A DNA stretch of 64,000 nucleotides from Dudresnaya verticillata (taxonomy: Eukaryota). Position 1 is the first letter of the stretch. The number at the start of each line of letters is the position of its first letter. Below the pieces are notes generated by a model, which made no database searches, was not told where the DNA came from, and saw only the letters and a program-made list of their open reading frames with translations. The position numbers and the translations under genes are program-made. Positions 58,977 through 64,000 of the stretch are shown here, in pieces. The DNA lies in assembly GCA_977862235.1 (NCBI GenBank), contig OZ374558.1, forward strand, positions 1,364,001 to 1,428,000, given 5' to 3'.

Positions 58977-59968
58977 TGTTGAGGACATGGTCGCTGGCGC
59001 CTCACGTCACGGGTCAGGTACCCCAGATGGTACCCTGGCACGCTTTCACCAAACCTTCCGGAGACGACAGCCCTTTTTCCGGGCTTCCAAAATCACGGCG
59101 CATTTAGGCCGTTTGCAAAAGCAACGTGAAACGGGCTTCTGATTGGTTGTTATAAACCGCCCCAATGGTCTATATGGCTTACAAGTGTTGTGCTGGAATT
59201 GGCGGTTATAACAGGAACGGCCAAGTGGAACGATCTGATTGGACCACATGGATGCACGTGGTATGGCATGGAATGGTACTGGTATGACGCGCACTGTACT
59301 CCACAAGTACATATGAACGTGCCATGCAATGTGCTGATGGCGTCTGAGTTGGTACTGCAGGGACTTGCGCTACGTGGAGCCTGGCTTGTGATATCAGCAG
59401 ATGCAGTTGTCGTGCGGCCGACACGTTGGTTTACAGTCGCCACGTAGGTGTCGTGCGGCCGACACGTTGGTTTACAGCTGCCACGTAGGCAAATCTGGGT
59501 GATTACGTGGTCAATGATCCAAGTTGGATATTCATGGACGGACTTCAGCTCGTAAGTGCGGCCACGTGGTGTGCAGTGTTGTCCGACAGCAGCCATGCGG
59601 GGACACTCGATACTTTCGAGTTCCCGCCCAAAGTTGGAGTACATATGGATGGCAGGAAATGCGGTCGCAAGAGGGATTGCTGATGTCAGCAGTTAGCAAC
59701 ACTGGTGTGCAAGTTCCCGCCCATTTTGGTGGCGGATGTGAGTGTGCTGAGAGTATGATTTGGTAGATTTAATTGCTTTACTTTTTCCCGCCCATTTGAT
59801 GATAGGGATTTTGGGCGTTTCTTTAATGATTTGTTTTGTTTGTGTTCACGCAGCAACTCATCCGAAAAGCTGATATAAGCCATGTCGGATGGTCGACTGC
59901 AGTAAACGAAGTCAAGCGACTTCCATTTCTCATCTTGTTCAACTCCAACCTCTCCATATTCCTTTTCA
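58977..59968 (+). repeat. Copia 5' LTR (992 bp), with a 41-bp tandem duplication at 59408-59489
   Basis: TGTTG start exactly where the Harbinger frame breaks; ends CA directly before the PBS. Confidence 0.8.
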
Positions 59969-59982
59969 GGTTATGGGCCCAG
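59969..59982 (+). promoter_or_regulatory. Copia PBS GGTTATGGGCCCAG (half-tRNAiMet type)
   Basis: Same sequence as the Drosophila copia-type PBS, complementary to the initiator tRNA anticodon region. Confidence 0.85.
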
Positions 59983-60908
59983 AAGGTCGACCTACGCAGA
60001 CTTCATCGCTTCGCTGCAACCTTCTTCCTTTTTCTTTTCATTCTTGATACTGTCCGGTCCCGTCCTGGCCTGTCCTGTCTGCTTGTGTCCTGTCCTGTCG
60101 GCTTGTGTCCCGTCCTGTCTGCTTGTTGTCTGTTGAAAGTGGTCCCTATCCCACTGTGTCGGCTTGTGTCTCTGATTTTGTGAGAGAGTTCTCGAGGCTC
60201 TCGTCCGCTGTTGTCTTGGTCCGTGAGCTTGCTGAGAGGTTGAGTGTTGTGCGTGGTGACTCTCGTTAAGTCAGGACCTCGTTGGCCTAGGGGAGCAGCC
60301 TCCAGTAAGATCCAGAATCTTGACACGGTTGGGCCTAGTTCCATTCCTGCAAGAGACTGGACCTGTTCGTGTGGTGAACACTCGTTTTGAGTTAGTACCC
60401 ATAAGGTGGACGTCTCGTAAGGATTGCATACTTCGTGTCTGTGTGCGCACGACACGACAGAAAGGGCTGCTGAAAGACGCATTTCACCCGGAGAATCATA
60501 TCCGGGGGCCAGGAGTCCGACTCCTAGGGGTGACTAGGTAGAACCTGGTGCCAGAACATCCCGCGTCAAAAAGACGTTCAACTATCAAGAATCAACTTTT
60601 CAACTTCAAGTTTCAACTTTTCTTCTTCAGTCCAGGTGATCCCATCATCACCTGAGAGTTTGATTACTCCAAGCGTGGGAGCTACTTGGCAAAGTGTGCT
60701 CCGCTTGTGACTGTATTATATTACCGACGTGTTCGACACATTTCTCAGTTTCGTCGTCACGTCTTCGTTGTGTGAGCTGCACTGCTCTGCTTAACACGAC
60801 TATTACCCTCTGGGCATCGACACTGTTGCGCTAACAGCACTGCCCCAAGTTTACCAAGTTTTCTAAAACTATTCAAGTTATCTCTTCTCACCACCAGTCG
60901 CAACAGCG

Positions 60909-63900
60909 ATGACTGATACCGAAGCCGAGATGGATACTTCGAGCGGGGTCAAGATACCCCGTTTCCACGGCAGGAGAGGTGACGACTACAGTCTCTGGCG
61001 TCATCGCCTTCGTGCCGCATGCCGCATCAAAGGGGTTTGGAATGTTTTCCACACCTCAAACGACACACCGAGCAGCTCACAGTCAACTGGAGAGGCCTCA
61101 GCGGATACTTCCATTCTTCACGCCAGAACCTTGGCCAAACGTGAGAAGGCTTGCGGGATCATTATCTCCGCACTTGGTGATGCTCCGCTTCGTGTCGTTA
61201 TGGAGGTTGATGATGACCCCAAACGCATGCTGGAGCTATTGGACTCGCGCTATGCGTCCAGTCGAACCGTATCCCGTATCGCCGTACAGACCAAGCTATT
61301 CCGTATGACGTACACCGGTCAGAATATGTCCAGCTATGTCGACCAGTACACGTCACTGTTCGCCCAACTCGACCGCATGGGCAACGACTCGGCGATACCG
61401 GAGACACATAAGGCACCTATGCTGCTTGCTTCCATTGATCCGTCCTGCCACCTGGAGTCAACAGCTGCAGCTCTTCGCACCAAAGATGCTGCTGAGCTGA
61501 CTTGGGACTACGTCGCAACCACGCTGATCGATGAGTACAACGCCAAAGATTCTCATGGATCAAACGCAGGTGGGAGATCCAGTAAGTCGAAGAGTCGTCG
61601 GAAGAAGAAAAAGAAGTCCGCGTTGTCAGGTTCTCGCCAGCAACACAACCCGCTGGATGACAACGACGACTCCGATGACTCTTCTGATATTGAATCCACC
61701 GTCCGTGCGTTGGCGGTTGCACTCAAGTCCGCCAAGCAGGTTCACTCCACCCCGAACCAGCACCTTCACTGTGATGTTTGCGACAAGGATGGACACACCG
61801 CGGATCGATGCTATCTAAATCCGGAAAATCCTAACAACAAGCTTCCTCCAAAGGTGCGACAGATGTTCACCAACCAGGGCAAAAAGGGCAACGCCAACTC
61901 GGCGGTAGCTGCATCTGGTAAGAATAATGGTAAATCTGCAAAGGTAGAAATCGCCGGTGCATCGGTTGAGATGACTACTGTTGTTCCTCCGAACGACCAA
62001 GGAACGTATGCCGACAGTGGAGCAACTGTGCATTGCTTCCACTCAATGACTTCTTTTGTACCGAGCTCAGTATCGCGCTGCGAAAAGCGTACTGTAGTGC
62101 TTGCGGACAAGTCGTCTGTCACCTCAGACCTATGTGGAGATGTGATTCTGCCGTTTGAGCATGCCAATATTCGGCTCAAGAAGGCCCTCTTCATCCCGCA
62201 GATGGGATACAATCTTGTCTCTACTGGGCGTTTGGCAGATAAAGGAATTGAATCCCACTTTCGCCGCTTGGACGTGCGCTTGGTACTCGACTCTAATGGG
62301 TACTATATTGGATCCGGTGTTCGCGATGCGAGTTCTGGAATGTACATGCTACCAGAACCCGAGCTGCACACTTCGGAGGAGCAAGTACTGGCTGTCCCCA
62401 GCACGCAGCAAACTACTGAGCTCTGGCATCGACGTCTTGCCCACATTAATTTTCGGGACTTGGCCAAAGTGCACGAGCATGTTGAGGGTGTTCCGGAGTT
62501 GGGCTCCACTCATGAAGTGTGTCGGGCTTGTAGACTTGGGAAAGCACACAAACAATCATTCCCAGGGCACTTCCGCCCGGCCAAAGCTGTCGGTGATCTC
62601 GTGCATTCCGACATTGTGGGTCCAATCCAGATCTCCTTTCCCGATCGTTTCCGGTATGCCACGACGTTTCTGGATGACAAATCCCGTTTCTTGGTCGGCG
62701 CATGTATGAGAAGTCGCCGTATGTTGAGTGCAGCATTTGATCAAGCTTCAGCAAAGTTTATCGAGCTTGGAGGAGCAGAAATAACAAAACTCCACTCAGA
62801 CGGGGCTCAGGAGTATTTGGCTTTGCAGAAAGATTTGGGAGGAGTTGGAGACAGTGGCAAATCCTTCTCCCCACCTTATACTCCGGAGCTCAATGGAATC
62901 GCGGAAAGGGTGAACCGAACCATGGTGGAAGCTGCCCTGACTTTGCTGATCCAGGCTGATCTACCGGGATGTTTGTGGCCGTTTGCACTGAAGCATGTCA
63001 ACTACGTGCGCAATCGGGTACCACACTCAACCGTTGGGGCTACGCCATACTCGGTCATGACAGGTGATGTTCCTGATTTAAAACATTTAAGAGTGTTTGG
63101 ATGTGCTGCATATGTCCTAAGGCTCCCACGCGGATCCAAGTTCGAGTCTCGTGCACTTGAGGGGGTGCACTTGGAGACTCTAGAGCATGGGATCTACAGG
63201 ATATTGGTCACTGGCGGTGACGGTATACCTCGTGTGGTTGAGTCGCGGCATGTCACATTCGACGAGTCCAAATTCCCGGGTGCTCCAAGCCTGTTGGAAT
63301 ATGGGCACGACGAGGCAGATTCGGATGAAGATTACGAGTCTAACTCAGAGGCCTCTATTTTCAACTCGGACTCTGATGACGATGTGTCGCTGGGTAACTT
63401 TGAGGATGAAGAGGATGCAATTGAAGTTGACACACCTTCTTCACCTCCACTACCTCCATCAGAACCCAGCTCATTCGAATCTGATGACACGGCTGAGGAA
63501 GAAAACGTCTCTGACAATCCTCCGGCTGGTGTGAGTTCAGATCCAGAACGCCACCAACAGAGTCGATATCCTCGTCGCCAACGTCGCCAGACGTCGAAAT
63601 GGTTTATGGCAAGCTCTGCACAAGCTGAACAACAGGTTGCCCTCACAACGGGAGATGGGCCCACTCTTCGAGAGGCCATGTCTGCCACTCCGGAGGAGCG
63701 CGGGTTGTGGCAATCTGCCATTGATGATGAGTTCGCATCCTTGGAATCCAAAGGCACTTGGGTCCGTGATGACAGTCCCGGTGCACAGCCGCTTCCAACG
63801 CACGCCGTGCTGAAAGTTAAACGCAAGTCCGACGGGACGGTCGAGCGCTTCAAAGCGCGGGTCGTCGCTGGTGGAAACTTCCAGACGTATGGTGAAGACT

Positions 63901-64000
63901 ACATGGAAACATACGCCCCAGTTGTGTCGTTCTCGCTGGTGCGCATGTTCCTATACTTGGTACTGTGTTTGAACCTGTTTGTTGCACAGCTAGACGTGAA
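60909..64000 (+). CDS. Copia Gag-Pol polyprotein, open to the window end
   Basis: IPRFHG..DDYSLW, CDVCDKDGHTADRC, ADSGATVH, LWHRRLAH, VHSDIVGP, LHSDG, ELNGIAERVNRT, FKARVVAGG, QLDV; first and last motifs share a frame and the ORF track lists no closed ORF from this ATG. Confidence 0.93.
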   Translation, partial: MTDTEAEMDTSSGVKIPRFHGRRGDDYSLWRHRLRAACRIKGVWNVFHTSNDTPSSSQSTGEASADTSILHARTLAKREKACGIIISALGDAPLRVVMEVDDDPKRMLELLDSRYASSRTVSRIAVQTKLFRMTYTGQNMSSYVDQYTSLFAQLDRMGNDSAIPETHKAPMLLASIDPSCHLESTAAALRTKDAAELTWDYVATTLIDEYNAKDSHGSNAGGRSSKSKSRRKKKKKSALSGSRQQHNPLDDNDDSDDSSDIESTVRALAVALKSAKQVHSTPNQHLHCDVCDKDGHTADRCYLNPENPNNKLPPKVRQMFTNQGKKGNANSAVAASGKNNGKSAKVEIAGASVEMTTVVPPNDQGTYADSGATVHCFHSMTSFVPSSVSRCEKRTVVLADKSSVTSDLCGDVILPFEHANIRLKKALFIPQMGYNLVSTGRLADKGIESHFRRLDVRLVLDSNGYYIGSGVRDASSGMYMLPEPELHTSEEQVLAVPSTQQTTELWHRRLAHINFRDLAKVHEHVEGVPELGSTHEVCRACRLGKAHKQSFPGHFRPAKAVGDLVHSDIVGPIQISFPDRFRYATTFLDDKSRFLVGACMRSRRMLSAAFDQASAKFIELGGAEITKLHSDGAQEYLALQKDLGGVGDSGKSFSPPYTPELNGIAERVNRTMVEAALTLLIQADLPGCLWPFALKHVNYVRNRVPHSTVGATPYSVMTGDVPDLKHLRVFGCAAYVLRLPRGSKFESRALEGVHLETLEHGIYRILVTGGDGIPRVVESRHVTFDESKFPGAPSLLEYGHDEADSDEDYESNSEASIFNSDSDDDVSLGNFEDEEDAIEVDTPSSPPLPPSEPSSFESDDTAEEENVSDNPPAGVSSDPERHQQSRYPRRQRRQTSKWFMASSAQAEQQVALTTGDGPTLREAMSATPEERGLWQSAIDDEFASLESKGTWVRDDSPGAQPLPTHAVLKVKRKSDGTVERFKARVVAGGNFQTYGEDYMETYAPVVSFSLVRMFLYLVLCLNLFVAQLDV

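Larger units (their letters stand above)
58977..64000 (+). mobile_element. Ty1/Copia LTR retrotransposon, 5' part
   Basis: LTR, PBS, gag-PR-IN-RT order. Confidence 0.95.

Noticed and set aside
1..64000. tRNA or rRNA genes
   Set aside because: None recognised; the only tRNA-related sequences are primer-binding sites.

Overview
Eukaryotic nuclear DNA. A red alga is my inference from the GC-rich, intron-poor genes, short GT-AG introns with (TA)CTAAC/CTGAC branch points and a putative plastid-targeted protein; the sequence does not prove it. About 75% of the window is nested transposons around a host gene island at ~23.5-37 kb. Left: the 5' part of a minus-strand Ty3/Gypsy element (1-2564), then a solo LTR (2895-22497, TSD GTACA) split by an 18.8-kb CACTA transposon (2919-21686, 17-bp perfect TIRs). 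The CACTA element carries an intact 1319-aa transposase and three long cargo genes. The island holds six host genes, including three paralogous secreted precursors that all end in a C-x8-C-x3-CC-x9-C-x6-C peptide (visible only after splicing in two of them). Right: a full-length but decayed chromodomain Gypsy (37789-51158) inside another solo LTR, a second truncated Gypsy with its own solo-LTR insertion, a Harbinger transposase fragment and an apparently intact Ty1/Copia running off the end. Best candidate for an undescribed system: the CACTA cargo ORF2 and the antisense extra ORF of the Gypsy share a protein domain. In addition, three elements are each saturated with their own short palindrome, including a 16-site phased array directly upstream of the Gypsy extra ORF. 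This recalls the VANDAL/VANC anti-silencing logic, but that function is only a hypothesis. All alignments and counts were done by eye.
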